Below are positions 21,304 through 35,600 of a stretch of 58,349 nt of DNA, in pieces. Within the stretch, counting starts at the first letter, position 1. Each line of letters starts with the position of its first letter. This stretch comes from Reclinomonas americana ATCC 50394 (lineage: Eukaryota): positions 279,619 to 337,967 of the forward strand of contig PS015039.1 in assembly GCA_048213135.1 (NCBI GenBank), written 5' to 3'. The translations under genes and the position numbers were made by a program. Under the pieces are notes generated by a model. That model was given only the letters and a program-made list of their open reading frames with translations, was not told where the DNA came from and ran no database searches.

Positions 21304-24300
21304 ATGGGTCTTGATATCGATCTTTTCCGAGTGCGTTGTCTCTTCTTCTCTCACTGACACGCTGTTTTACACAAGCTGACTTGCACTTTTGTGTCATCAT
21401 GGTTTGTCAGGTTGACAAGGGTGGCAATCCCGATCTGGTGCGTGAGTCGCAGCGGCGGCGACACAAGGATGTGACGCTGGTCGATCAGGTCGTGGAGACC
21501 GACACTGAGTGGAGGAGAAGTTGCGCAACATGTGCACATGTCACTCACCACGCACCTCCCACTCTCTCTGCGGCCACCATCTCTCCGCGCTGCTTCCTCT
21601 GCCTTGGGTGTGCATCTCTCTCTTGTGTGTGTGTGTATTGTTCTCACTGTGCGCACANNNNNNNNNNNNNNNNNNNNNNNNNNNNNNNNNNNNNNNNNNN
21701 NNNNNNNNNNNNNNNNNNNNNNNNNNNNNNNNNNNNNNNNNNNNNNNNNNNNNNNNNNNNNNNNNNNNNNNNNNNNNNNNNNNNNNNNNNNNNNNNNNNN
21801 NNNNNNNNNNNNNNNNNNNNNNNNNNNNNNNNNNNNNNNNNNNNNNNNNNNNNNNNNNNNNNNNNNNNNNNNNNNNNNNNNNNNNNNNNNNNNNNNNNNN
21901 NNNNNNNNNNNNNNNNNNNNNNNNNNNNNNNNNNNNNNNNNNNNNNNNNNNNNNNNNNNNNNNNNNNNNNNNNNNNNNNNNNNNNNNNNNNNNNNNNNNN
22001 NNNNNNNNNNNNNNNNNNNNNNNNNNNNNNNNNNNNNNNNNNNNNNNNNNNNNNNNNNNNNNNNNNNNNNNNNNNNNNNNNNNNNNNNNNNNNNNNNNNN
22101 NNNNNNNNNNNNNNNNNNNNNNNNNNNNNNNNNNNNNNNNNNNNNNNNNNNNNNNNNNNNNNNNNNNNNNNNNNNNNNNNNNNNNNNNNNNNNNNNNNNN
22201 NNNNNNNNNNNNNNNNNNNNNNNNNNNNNNNNNNNNNNNNNNNNNNNNNNNNNNNNNNNNNNNNNNNNNNNNNNNNNNNNNNNNNNNNNNNNNNNNNNNN
22301 NNNNNNNNNNNNNNNNNNNNNNNNNNNNNNNNNNNNNNNNNNNNNNNNNNNNNNNNNNNNNNNNNNNNNNNNNNNNNNNNNNNNNNNNNNNNNNNNNNNN
22401 NNNNNNNNNNNNNNNNNNNNNNNNNNNNNNNNNNNNNNNNNNNNNNNNNNNNNNNNNNNNNNNNNNNNNNNNNNNNNNNNNNNNNNNNNNNNNNNNNNNN
22501 NNNNNNNNNNNNNNNNNNNNNNNNNNNNNNNNNNNNNNNNNNNNNNNNNNNNNNAGATAGAGTAGGGAGAGACAACTGATCCCCATCGCCCAGTCAGTGT
22601 GATTGATCACCTTCTTCTTGGCGCCGACAGTCTTCGACACCAGATTAGCAGCCTTGCGCAGGCTGTCAATGTAGCCCGTGACTGCGACAAGCAGAGTGAG
22701 TTGAGAGAGAGAAGTTCCGACATGCCAGCCCACACCGTGCTCACACTTGAGCTCTTTCTCATCANNNNNNNNNNNNNNNNNNNNCCGGCCACCTGCACGA
22801 AAACAATCGCGTTTTTGAACGAATGTGAACATGCATGCAAGGAGCATGGGAGCAAGCGAGACCTTGCGACCCCGATCGAGGTCCATGCCGTCCAGCGCCG
22901 TGAGCAGCTCCACATGGTTGAAGGGCGCCTGCGGCTTCTCAATCTCTCCCCACGTGCGCAGCGTGCGGTTGTCATCCTCGTTGATCGACACTGGCACGCT
23001 CTCGTGCACAATGTTGCCAATCATGCCCAGCGCACGATCCCTCTGCGCCTCCAGCTCCTCCTGTCGCACCACGCTCTGCTTCTCCATCTCCTTCAACACT
23101 GCACGATGCGACTCGTGGTGAGAGTGAGCTCCTTCCCCTCGCACACACAAGGCAGGCGTGACAACGAACCGGGCGACAGCGTCTTCAGCTGGTTGACGCT
23201 GAGGCGGGCAAGCACCTCCTGCGTCACCGTGTCCACCTGCTCAATGATCTCCTGCGGCACTGGGTCGCTGGTGCCATCCTCTTCCCTGGCCTGCGTGCAT
23301 GAACGGAAAGTGAGTGGATGGGAGAGAAGGGGGGAAGGNNNNNNNNNNNNNNNNNNNNNNNNNNNNNNNNNNNNNNNNNNNNNNNNNNNNNNNNNNNNNN
23401 NNNNNNNNNNNNNNNNNNNNNNNNNNNNNNNNNNNNNNNNNNNNNNNNNNNNNNNNNNNNNNNNNNNNNNNNNNNNNNNNNNNNNNNNNNNNNNNNNNNN
23501 NNNNNNNNNNNNNNNNNNNNNNNNNNNNNNNNNNNNNNNNNNNNNNNNNNNNNNNNNNNNNNNNNNNNNNNNNNNNNNNNNNNNNNNNNNNNNNNNNNNN
23601 NNNNNNNNNNNNNNNNNNNNNNNNNNNNNNNNNNNNNNNNNNNNNNNNNNNNNNNNNNNNNNNNNNTGGTCGTGCGTACTTCCTCAAGAACGGCGCCGTG
23701 AGACTGCAGCTGGCACTCATCAACTACGCTGTCAACTTTTTGGTCACCCGCGGCTACACACCGATGTACACGCCGTTCTTCATGCTCAAGAGCGCCATGG
23801 CTCAGGTGGCACAGCTGGAGCAGTTCGACGAGGAGCTGTACAAGGTGACGGGTGAGGGCGACGACAAGTACCTCATTGCCACGTCGGAGCAGACCATTTG
23901 CGGCTACTTTGCCAAGGAGTGGATGGACCCGAAGGAGTTGCCGCTGCGGTGAGCCACATATCCCTTTACATTTTTCAAGTTCCGTGAGATGGTGTTTATT
24001 GACGAGGACGCATGGTGCAGCATTGCGGGCATGTCGACATGCTTCCGCAAGGAGGTCGGCAGCCACGGCAGGGACACACTCGGCATTTTCCGCGTCCACC
24101 AGTTCGAGAAGATTGAGCAGTTTGTGGTGTGCTCGCCGACCGAGTCGTGGGAGATTATGGACACGATGATTGCGAACTCGGAGGCCTTCTACCAGTCGGT
24201 TCGTGAGCGAACAAGCATATGTCCACTTGTTCTCTCGGGTGTCCTGATACAGCGATGTGCACAGCTCGGCCTTCCCTACCGCGTGGTCAGCATTGTCAGC

Positions 24301-24812
24301 GGTGCGCTGAACAACGCGGCCGCCATGAAGTTCGATTTGGAGGCCCTCTTCCCGGCGTCGCAAAAGTTCCGCGAGCTCGTGTCGTGCTCGAACTGCACCG
24401 ACTACCAGGCGCGCCATGTGGAGTGCCGCTTTGGTCTCGGCAAGAAGGTGCTGCTCGCCTCGCTTTTCACACACTTCCCACGCACTTGTCACTCACCCCT
24501 GTAACCTCTCAGACTGCCACCGGCCCCAAGGAGTACGTGCACATGCTCAACTCGACGCTGTGCGCGCTGACTCGCACCATTTGCTGCATCTGCGAGAACT
24601 TCCAGGAGGAGACTGGTGTGCGCGTCCCGGAGGTGCTCGTGCCGTACATGAATGGCCAGACGTTCCTCGAGTTCAAGACCAAGCCGGTGAAGATTGAGGT
24701 GCGTTCACTCCCTTCCGCATGATCCACGAGAGAGAATGTGAGTCTCACAGAGTTTATCTGTCGGCAGGAACCGGCGGTGGCACCTGGCGAAGGCCCGTCG
24801 GCACCGCAGTAA
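21304..24812 (+). CDS. SARS1: Cytosolic seryl-tRNA synthetase; exons in 22555-23338 lie on contigs assembled in reverse orientation
   Basis: [38 protein letters not shown] (minus-strand contig); [86 protein letters not shown]. Confidence 0.97.
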
Positions 24813-24978
24813 GTGCATCATCGCGTTTGCTCGGTGAACTTGGATGGTGACGACGACACCTGTCGTATGTGTGGGGTGTGGTGAAAAGTGAAGGATACCA
24901 ATGCGAAAAGTACGTGGTTTGAACATTAACAGTGCATTTCTTTTTTTTTATGAGAGTGGGAAAAACGTGTGGAAATCA

Positions 24979-26233
24979 TCATGGCTCTCGCGAGTGTACG
25001 CGCGAGTCGTGCCGTTGTACAGCAGCCGTGTTGAGGGTGGGTGAGTTGGCGACATTGCGGCCAACGGATTCGTCCGACGAGGAGTCGGTGGAGCCGGAGC
25101 TGTCCGACTCGGCATCGTGGTGCTGGCGGCCTGGCATTTCCTCCGGCTGCCCGGGCAAGCGTGCACTCGGCGCCTTGCCCTTGCCGTTGGCGGCGGTCGG
25201 GTGTAGGGCCACCGGACCGGCGGCGTTCAGTTGTTGCCTTCGTGGACTGATGCGAGACCCCGAGAAATCGGCAGATACTGAGCAATCGCGCTGGCTGTAC
25301 GGGTTGCTGATGCTGCTCAACGTGCTCGGATCCCACTGCGCGCGCGCGAGAAGCGAGTGAGTCTCCACGCTCCAGCTGTGTTCTCTCGCGTATTGTCTCA
25401 CCTCTTGGCCCTCAGGCACGTAGTTTGAAGCACCGCGCCCGGCCATTGCGTAAAAGTGCGAACCAAGTGAGGCCGAGGAGCCACGTCGCCCCGACGCCTG
25501 CGCCTCCTGATACGATCGTTCCGACGAGTACGTCGACAGGGTGGTCACCGGTTCCAAGCTCGGATCGTACTCCAACGACACCGTTTGCCTCCACTTGTCC
25601 ACACGACGCAACCTCCGTTGGTGACTCTTGGCCTGCGCCAAAACACAAACAAACAACGATTGTCAATTGATACCAATTGCAACAGCGGCGCACGATCAAT
25701 CAAAGCCAACAACGGACCTCCTTCAACACATGCTCTGGATATCTCTCCAGCGCCTGCAGATACGAGTCCTTTCGTCGCATCCAGTAGCCCACTGTGCCTC
25801 CCGACGAGCCCGTCTCCACAATCTCCACAAGCTCACCCAGTCCGTCACTGTCGGGTCTTCCACCCGCACCCGCCGCTCGTCGCGAGGAGAAGAAGTAGTC
25901 GTTGACCTCACGACCCTATGTACAACATGAAGATGAGCACGAGCAGAAGAAGTTGGACAACTCGGCGGTCAAGCAACGACTGACCTCAGCGAGCAACTTG
26001 AGGCCGTCGGCGACCACTGTCAGTGGTGTTGTGTTGTCCTCCTTGGCGATCTCATCGTCGGCGACCTCGTTGGTCATCTTGGCGTGCAAGTACAAGTGCT
26101 CCTGTGTGAGTGGCAGCACACTGGCCTCGCCAGTCGCGCCTCCGCCACTCAGCACTCCGTTGCTGTTGATCGTCCGCTTGTCGCCCTTCTTGAAGGGCAA
26201 CACCGCACGTGGCTTGCTCGTGCGACACCCCAT
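24979..26233 (-). CDS. Hypothetical protein with N-terminal MGC acylation motif and Ser-rich disordered tail
   Basis: MGCRTSKPR start and three exons joined by GT-AG introns (..GLKLLAE|GREVNDYFF..YPEHVLK|AKSHQRR..). No family recognised. Confidence 0.6.
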
Positions 26234-26743
26234 GGAAGAGCGATTAACCGACTTGGCGTGGTGCGGTTATTGTGCTCTTCTCTCGCACGACACACGAAAG
26301 AAAACAAGACGTCGATAGGAGGCGGGCTGAGTTGTTCACCAACAGCGCGCACTCGGGTGAGAGTGCGGTGTAGTGCGGCGACTGAAACTCGGTGTCTGAG
26401 TGTGTGTGTGTGTGTGTGCGCGCTGAACACGTGCCTAGAAAACCGTTTTTGTCCTCTATCAATTCCGGTATGTCTATCGTCGGACAACTTCTCGAATATT
26501 GCTTCTCTCGTTGCTCAGCAAAACGTCTCGTGACCTCCGACTCTGCTTAGAATTCAACATCCACACGCAAAGCTTTGCCTCGGCCTTTCCGTGACGTTAT
26601 AATTGTATGATTTGCAACGAGCATCAAAACAAGGGGATGCGGTATATTTATGACGCCGGTGATGACGGCGGCTGCGAGGAGAACGCCAGCCGGAGAATAC
26701 ATGGACAGGATGTGCCATGACATCAAAAATGCTGCGCTGCGGC

Positions 26744-29700
26744 TCAAGCGGCAGTCGAGCAGTCGGCGCCCTTCCAGCCAGCGTTGCAAATGCAGGCACC
26801 AGAACCCGAGCAGCGACCGCGACCTATGCAGACGCGATCAGTGAGTGACAACACTCAGGCCGCTAACCACACAAACAGCCACTCTTCACCATTGCACGAC
26901 TCCACAGGGCGGCAGCCACCTGCGCAAACAGACACGACCGTCAGTGGCTACTCACAGCAAGCATCTCACTGGGAGGTGACGCAACAGTTGGGGCCTCCAA
27001 TACCCGCGTAACAGCGGCAACGTCCGGCCACGCATTGGCTGCATACACACAAACAAACACACACACGGACAGCGAAGCAGACCGTCAGCAGCAACCCCCG
27101 ATAAACATTGCAATTGGACCACCCACCCACTGCAAACAAAACAGTCACAACTGAGTAAGCCACTGCGTGAGAAGACAAGGAGCAATTCGCTAGACGACGC
27201 AACTTGTACAAGCTGGCGTTCGCACTCCACGGACCATTGCACTGCGGGTCACTCGTACACACCGCCGGCGAAATAATCACCGACTCGTCGCGCGGAACAA
27301 CAAACACGTCGCGGCTGGCGACGATCGCGGAGCCCGACGGCGCAGCATGCGCTTGCACGCGGTTCAGTGTCTTGAAGGTGACGNNNNNNNNNNNNNNNNN
27401 NNNNNNNNNNNNNNNNNNNNNNNNNNNNNNNNNNNNNNNNNNNNNNNNNNNNNNNNNNNNNNNNNNNNNNNNNNNNNNNNNNNNNNNNNNNNNNNNNNNN
27501 NNNNNNNNNNNNNNNNNNNNNNNNNNNNNNNNNNNNNNNNNNNNNNNNNNNNNNNNNNNNNNNNNNNNNNNNNNNNNNNNNNNNNNNNNNNNNNNNNNNN
27601 NNNNNNNNNNNNNNNNNNNNNNNNNNNNNNNNNNNNNNNNNNNNNNNNNNNNNNNNNNNNNNNNNNNNNNNNNNNNNNNNNNNNNNNNNNNNNNNNNNNN
27701 NNNNNNNNNNNNNNNNNNNNNNNNNNNNNNNNNNNNNNNNNNNNNNNNNNNNNNNNNNNNNNNNNNNNNNNNNNNNNNNNNNNNNNNNNNNNNNNNNNNN
27801 NNNNNNNNNNNNNNNNNNNNNNNNNNNNNNNNNNNNNNNNNNNNNNNNNNNNNNNNNNNNNNNNNNNNNNNNNNNNNNNNNNNNNNNNNNNNNNNNNNNN
27901 NNNNNNNNNNNNNNNNNNNNNNNNNNNNNNNNNNNNNNNNNCCACCACGTTGTAGCCCTCCACGTCCGTGCGCACATGTTTGAACCACGGATTCGCACCC
28001 CACGCGCTATACAGCGAAGTGAGCTGCACCAGGGACGCTGAAGACATAAACATTACGTTAGTCTCGACAGGAAACACACGAGCGTCTCACTCGTCCTGTC
28101 GTAGCGTACCGAACGACGCGCTCGTCTTCAGACCAGCGAGCTGCACGAACACAATAATCTCAGCTGAGCATCACTGTATCTCTCTCTCTCTCTCGCAGTC
28201 CTCTCTGTCACGCACCACAGCATCAGTCGTGGCGTCCAGCAACGCACCGGGCACCGAATACGACAGCTTGTTGCGCAACTGCGGGCGGATGGTGTCGGCC
28301 AGTTGGTCGGCAGTCGCCGGCTTGCGACCGCTGGTCTGCATGGCGACGAGCATGAGCGTTTGGGAGAGGAAGGAAGTCACGCTCACTTCAAAGAAAAGTG
28401 GGAGAGAGAGAGAGAGAGAACTGTCTATCTCTTCAGGTGCGCAACACAGTATTTCCCCTATCAGCCACATCTTCTCCACGCTCACTCTCCCCCCTCTACT
28501 ACTCCCACGGTATTTGTGTCGAAACGCAACGAAATCAAACATCGGCACATACATGCTGATGTTACCGATGTTCGGCACCGGAATGGTGAATGGGAACGAC
28601 ACCAGCGGCAACAAGGACGCAGGCGCTGTCAAGTTGAGGAAGGAAGCGTTCGAGGTGCTGCTCATGCCCGGCGTGACAAACTCGACGCCCACTGCCGCCA
28701 CCGACGGGTCGGTGGCCTTGCTGAAGTCGTCATACAGCTGCGAGGGAGAAGGAGAGAAAGTAGGAGACTTGAGACAAGAGAAGTGAGATCTACACCAGAG
28801 CGTGGGCGCAACATGAGCAGCCACCGCTGAATGCAAGTCGCCAGTCAGCACCACCAGGTTCTTCACACCGGTCTGACGCACGTAGCCGAGAATGTCGGCA
28901 CGCTCAGTCGCATAGCCGTCCCACCCATCTACGAAGCAAGAGCACACACACAAAAGTGAATACACGGCAGCGTGTTGCGACACTGCCATTCTTGCTCGTA
29001 CAAACCAGCTGAGAACAAGAACAGCGACAGGTACGGTCCAAGAGTGGCTTTCTGTCCAGTGGCAGCGAGCGCCTGCGAGTTGATCTTGTTCTGACGAATG
29101 TCGGGCTCGATGTAGCCGAACGCGATCGCATTCGCTGCAGCCTGTGCCTTCTGCGTCGGTGCAGCAGTGGCCGCATTGAAGGCTGCCACCGCCACTCCCG
29201 CCTGCGTTGCAGTCAGACCAGCGGCGACGGCAGCAGCCGTTGCATCGCCGGCAGTCGCCGTGGCCACCGCAATCGCTCCGGCTGCTGCCGCGGCCGTGCT
29301 CTGTGTGGCACCAGCAAAGCTAGCAGCCACAATCGTCGCTGCCACTGGCTCTGGAAGCATGAATGCTGCGGCAGCGTTGGTGATGGACGTGGTCAGCGAC
29401 GGCACGCTCTGCAGTGCCACCAGTGTGGCCACAGCACGGAGGGCATTGATCTCGTTGCGTGCCACAATGACTTCGTTTCCCCACAGGCGCCAAATGGCAG
29501 ATGAGTTCGAGAGCTGCGACTTGAGCCACTCGCGCTGCGGCTTGCCGAGCATGGTAGTGAGCGCGAGCGGATCGTTGGGGTTCAGCGCCGTCGCCTTGGC
29601 GATCAACGCGGCTTCAGCGGCAGCGCGGAGTGCATCGTCGACAACCTGACGTGAGCCTACGCTTCCAATTTCTTGGCCAGTGAGCGGGTTGATGGTGGTC

Positions 29701-31379
29701 TCCGGAATAGTCTGCGCAAGCACAGTGCTGTGAGCTGCAGAGAAAAGAGAAGGAAAATAGTGTGCGTGCGTGCTCTCTCTCTCTCTCTCTGTGTATGTGC
29801 ACGTGGATGGGTGTACTGTAACGTACATGATCCGAGCAATAGACACGCGAGTCCGTGACAAACAGGTGAGCGAGGTTGCCGACTGCGATACATGTGTGAG
29901 ACAACGTCTTTCTCAACGCAACATGCCGGACAGGTGCGTACGCAACACAAAAAGTCGCGATAGATGCGCACAACGTCGTAGCTGTCGGGGTTGCTGGTGT
30001 CGAGGACAACATCGGCCGGCGTGAACTCGAACCACGCTGTGGAGGCCGAGCGCCGGCGTTGCGGCACCGCTGGATTCGAGTTCGGGTACGTGTCATGATC
30101 CATCCAGCCGTCATTGGAGAACTCGTGGTCGTCCCAGCTGCGACAACAAAGTATCACGATCAGCGAGAGCGAATAGAGGAAATCAAGTCCCAACGCAACA
30201 TGACGATGAATGGGAAGTACTCGTGTGCGCGCTGCAGGCGTGCATCGGTGCGGTATGTGGCGTACAGGGTGCGGAAGTCTTCCAGCGTATCTCTGCATCA
30301 CGCACGTGTGCTGGAGTGAGTCGCGACAGTACCCTGTGCACATGGAGCAGGAGAGATAGCAAAAACGCACGCGCGGTACGGGTTTGTGCCGTCAACGTCG
30401 GCCAAGTCACCCACGCCGTTCGGCAGCAAGAACGGCGGATGCGCAGCTTCGCCAGTGGGGTTCTGTGAACGACAATAAGAAGCTGAATGAAACACACGCT
30501 ACTTGCAAGAGAACACACCGTTGCGGAGCCAATTGTCGGGCTGCAACGAGAAAAAGGAGGAGACAAGGGAGAAGAATGTCAGTCTTTCTCTCACTCTTCC
30601 CTCACGCACGGTTTCTTGCACCACCGCACGCAACTACTCGTAAATGTAGTCACCCAGATGCAGCACGAAATCGACATCGCGCTCGTTGTCGACAAGATCC
30701 GTGTAGCCGCCCCAGTGATTGTCGGACCAGTCCTGGCAAGTGATCATCGCAACCTTCAGCCGCGACACTGCGCTGGATCCAGGCGACGGGAATGTCTTGA
30801 AGCGGCCGACCTGTGAAAATGTAGGAAGTGTTACGTGAGCAGAGAACTCATTCTACCGCTCACAGCTCGTGACGCACTCGAGACAGCACGCTGCCGGCCT
30901 GGAATTGATAGTAGTACGTGGTGTTAGGCTGCAGATTGGTGACCTTCTGCCGCGCGGTCATGTGGAGAGAGCTCGACGCGGTGACCTTGAGGTCGACAAC
31001 AAACGGGCCGACCAGTGCCGCACTGCACACATGCACCAGAAATGATGATCCGTGAGTGCAGGTACAGCAGGGAGACCCATGCTCCGTCGCAACTTGCTCT
31101 CCATGCTGCCGGCGTTGGCAGCAGTGCTGCTCACGCGCAGTGAAATCGAGACACTCGACAGGACGGGCAGTGGGCCGGCGGCGGGCGCATCGAGAGGCAC
31201 CACGCGTGCCCACAAGACGGCACTGTTGTGTGTCGGGTCGCCCGAGGCCACACTTTGCGGGAACTGCAAAGAAGACACGCGCGTGCGTGGTCAGCTGAGT
31301 GATGAGTGGAAAGGAAGGGTGATCGTATCGAGGCACACTCACCTTCCAGTTGCTGCCAGTGGCGTCGGGAGTCGGTGGT

Positions 31380-31414
<35 letters not shown>

Positions 31415-32231
31415 AGCCGTGCCTGTGCACTGAGCACCAAAGCGTCCAGCGGCGCAGCTGCCACAGTTGGTGCCCGCAAAGGGGAACGGGCACTGCACGC
31501 ACGCCACTGTGAGCATGAGAGAATTTCTCCGAGAAGCACACACACACTCTCTCTTTTCTCTCTCTCTCTCACGCAACGTAGCAAGTGCCATCATTCAAGC
31601 ACAGACCGCGACCGCTGCAGGTGACGGCGTCGGTGCAAGCAACGGGATTCTGCACGTACTGATCGGGGCCTTGGCCACAGAACGGGTGACCGGTCTTCTT
31701 GTAGTTCGGGGCGCAGACTTCGCAGTTGGCGCCGCGGTACTGCCAGACAACAAACACCACAGACGGTGTACTAATGTGAGAAAACAAGAGATACTACCTT
31801 AGGCCATCATGATGCGCATCATATCACCTGGATGTTGCAGACACAGGAGCCATTGACACAATTGCCGCCGGGTTGGCTGCATTGCGTGCCACTGGTGCAT
31901 GCACCGCCTGCGGGAGGTGCGCAAGAGCAGTCATGAAATGGCACAGCAGCAAAAAAGAGACATAGAGAGCGACGTACCTCCTGTCTGCGCAGTGACGTGT
32001 GTCACGACCAGCAACACCAAGAATGCGGCACTGCGAGAGAGAGAGAACACACACAACACACACGCACACACACGCAAGACGATGAGTGAGACACGGACAA
32101 ACAGTGTCGTGTGTGTCCTGGGAGCCAGAGGGCACGCGCTCGCACCCTGCACAACAAGTGTCAGCAAGGGCACAAGAAAGAGAGAGAATGCAAAAGAGAG
32201 ACGCACTGAGAGTAATGACACGGCTGTGCAT
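26744..32231 (-). CDS. Secreted PhoD-family alkaline phosphatase with N- and C-terminal EGF-like repeats (start codon uncertain)
   Basis: PhoD motifs FPQSVASGDP, LQPNTTYYYQF, VGRFKT, CQDWSDNHW, FVLHLGDYIYE, IWDDHEFSND, MLGKPQREWL, DGWDGYATER, VVLTGDLHS, EFVTPGMSS. EGF-like CSGRGLCLNDGTCYCPFPFAGTNC at the N-terminus and GRCSGSGACICNAGWKGADC* at the C-terminus. Confidence 0.92.
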
Positions 32232-32679
32232 GGCTCTCCGGGAACCTCAAAAGTGTGCGTGGATCGGAGAAATCAAGTTTGTTCGGTCGACAATGGTCGT
32301 CGCCGACTCCTTCGCACTCACTTGAGAACTGCCCTGCTGGAGGCAGCAAATGAGTGCGGTGAGTTGTTGCTGTTAGAAGACAACGAAAAGCCACTCTTGC
32401 GCAGCATGTCCGCTAATCAGCTGCATTCCTGACATACCACCAGGGAGTGAAAGTGAAAGCGGCCTCGCCGCCGAAGATTTTGCTTGGGAGCAGCAAGCAT
32501 AATCTGCGCAGATGTGTCAGAAGGACAACTGAGAAAAAATCATTGAATATCAGACACATCTCGGCGGAGTTTTGAAGCATCCGTTCAACGTCGACCTTTC
32601 ACTGCATCTCAACGAAAAAAGCACCGCGACACAAAGTTGGAGAAAAAGACAAAACAAAAAAGAAACCTGGCGTGCTCGA

Positions 32680-35600
32680 TCAGCGCCGAGTCTTCGGCGA
32701 CGACTGGGGCAGCAACGAAATGTCGGCGAATCCGCAGTTCTTGCACGCGGAGAGGCCATGGTGTGCGATCTCATCGCGGCATTCGATGGGAATCGCGGTC
32801 TGCGTGTTGCCGCAACGTGGGTTCGTGTGCCACTTGCGACCGGTTGGAGTACGGTAGATGACGATGGCCGGGCGCGACGGTGGTGTCATGGGAGTTGTCG
32901 GCTGCTCCGGCAAGCGGGCTGCCGGTGCCGGCGACGTGACCACTGTCACACGAGTTTAGCAAGTGAAAAATACGCAGCAAGANNNNNNNNNNNNNNNNNN
33001 NNNNNNNNNNNNNNNNNNNNNNNNNNNNNNNNNNNNNNNNNNNNNNNNNNNNNNNNNNNNNNNNNNNNNNNNNNNNNNNNNNNNNNNNNNNNNNNNNNNN
33101 NNNNNNNNNNNNNNNNNNNNNNNNNNNNNNNNNNNNNNNNNNNNNNNNNNNNNNNNNNNNNNGCACACACAGAATGTAGAGATTACGAAACTGGTGGTGG
33201 CGACACTGGCACTGCGACGGCCCTCCTCCAGCTCGGCCCTCATGCGACGCTCCTCTTCCAGCTCAGCCTTCATGCGATCGTACTCGCTCTTCCACGAGTG
33301 TGCAATCTCTACCGCTTCCTCTGCACACACACGCACACGTAAGGTGCCTGAATGCCAATCAAAGAATTGGTATACACGCACTGTGGCGACGGCGGAGTTC
33401 GATGTTCTCTGCCGAGACTTCGCGGACACGGCCTGCATCGTTTGCCAGTGAGCGCGTGGATCGCAGTAAAGAGAACATCGACGAATTAGCATCACATACC
33501 ACGCTGCGTCTCAAGATCGGCACCTGCCTCCGTCGCGCGCACTGCAAAGGTAAGCACATTCAGCAACCGACCGTCTACCTGCACAAACCCCGAGACACCA
33601 ACCCTTCCACATTTCGGCATGCTGCTTGGCCTCATCTGTATGGTTGCACGCCATCATTAGACAAAGAGAGTTGGACACGGGATAACTGCGACCGCCTGTG
33701 GGCCAACGCACCACGGTCGCGGACGAGATCTTCTTGACGAGCTGCGCCACCAGCACACGCCCCGTGTTAGTCATCTGTTGCATGCATGCATGCATGAGAG
33801 AGCGTGCGGAGACTGCTCACCTTGCGACGCCTCGTAATTCTCAGTGATTTTGGCAAGTTGCGCTGTTGGGGAGTACACGTGGTTGGCAAGAAGGAAACCA
33901 CAAGGAACAACAGCCAGTTATGCGGGACGCACACTTCAGCACTTGCTCCTCGGCTGTTTCGCAATCGAGAGGAAGTGACAGCTAAGAATCCAAAAGAGCA
34001 ACGAAAGAGCACGCCTGACATCAACATACCACGCCNNNNNNNNNNNNNNNNNNNNNNNNNNNNNNNNNNNNNNNNNNNNNNNNNNNCTCAAGAGAACAGT
34101 GAGCTCCGTCACCTTGTGCAAGCGCTCCGCGACGAGGTGGAGATTCTGCATGCGACTGTGGCCATGCATCAGCATCAGGAGCAAGGTGCGGTACTGATTC
34201 GCTGCACCGTTGGTGACGAGTAACTCGGCTCACCTTGGTGTCGCGTGTTCGGCGAATAGATAATTCGCGAAGGCACACTGGTGCATTAGTGCTGCGTTAA
34301 TCGTGAGACATGATGTGTTGTCCTGCTCACCGATTCTGTTCTATACAGAGATCCTGGCGTCACTGCAGGAGCGCTTGCTGCAGGCCGAGGGTGCGTGACA
34401 GGCAGCTGGGGATTCCATTCGTTTCCATGTACTGATACTGGTCGATGTACAGGGTCTGTGGAGCGCAAGAATCGCGAGAACGATGATCTGCAGCGTTGCG
34501 TGTGCCTGTTGCCATGAGCCGCCCAGATTGACGCACTTGGTTGGCTCTAACATGTCCTTATGCCGCTGCAGACCGCCTGGCGCAGTCTGAAACAGAAGTG
34601 CGCGACCTGAAAGGTACATACATATACGTGTGCGTGTACCGCCAGTCCGTACTCTCGTCTGCTCACTCACCTCGACTCTCACAGCCGAGCTGGAGACCGT
34701 CATTCGTAATCNNNNNNNNNNNNNNNNNNNNTAAGCTGGCGGACCTGTGATAGTCGACAGAGGAGGGTTGAACGCGCTGGGCTCATTCTGCAACAAAAGC
34801 TTTCTGCAATACCGCACCTCGGTCTGCCACAAACATACACGCACATATATAAGGATGAGACAAAATAAAAAGTTGCTTCAAAGTCGGCGACTGCCAAACT
34901 CACCCTCGCCATCTCCGCCACCGTAATCTGCATCGGTCGTCACAGCTGGTGGGCAACAAAAATGCACACGGCAACAAGCGATGAACAACACTCACCGTCT
35001 TGCGAGTAGCTGGAGAGCTCGCAGCCTGCGCCAAGTCACGGTCCTGCAAACACGCATTTCTCAGAAAAGTGCGATGAGAAACAGGGAGAGAGAGGTGCGT
35101 GGACGAACCAGTGTGCGCTGACGCTGCACCGCAGCACCGCTTGCTGAGCGAACACGTGGCTGTGCGCAACACAAGCTGCATGAGCAACATTTACGCTGCG
35201 CACCGAAAGACACCCACGTACCGAGCGACGGACAGTGTTTGTCGCAGTCGGCGAGATCTCCATGGTGTTGGCCTGTGGCTCGCCAGTATAAGCGCACACA
35301 TCACATGCACCATGGATCCGACTCCGACAACTCACCGCCGCATCGTCCATCGGTTCACCGACGACACTACCCGAGCGAGAAATGGACACGAAGCGCTGCA
35401 CATCCATGGCACGCGGATCAATGCTGACGCAGAAAACCTGCCACATCGCGCGCGCGTGAGCCAGAGACTTCACGGAAAGGAGAGAAGCGCACAGGGATGC
35501 ACACCGTCTGCACTCGAGGCATCGGCTCGTTGACAAAGCCGGTGAGCAGACGCATGACATCGTGGCGGAATGGACGGTTGGCCTCCGTCTGCGCCTCGTG

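Noticed and set aside
22555-23338. SerRS exons on the opposite strand (possible scrambled or trans-spliced gene)
   Set aside because: The two segments are whole contigs bounded by N gaps, in the correct order but each flipped. VAG at the 22785 edge continues into GRAYF at 23668. This fits a scaffolding orientation error.
34087-34711. Inverted repeat or invertible segment relative to 40600-41140
   Set aside because: The segment is gap-bounded on both sides, and flipping it restores colinearity with paralogue copy 2. Same artefact type as in SerRS.
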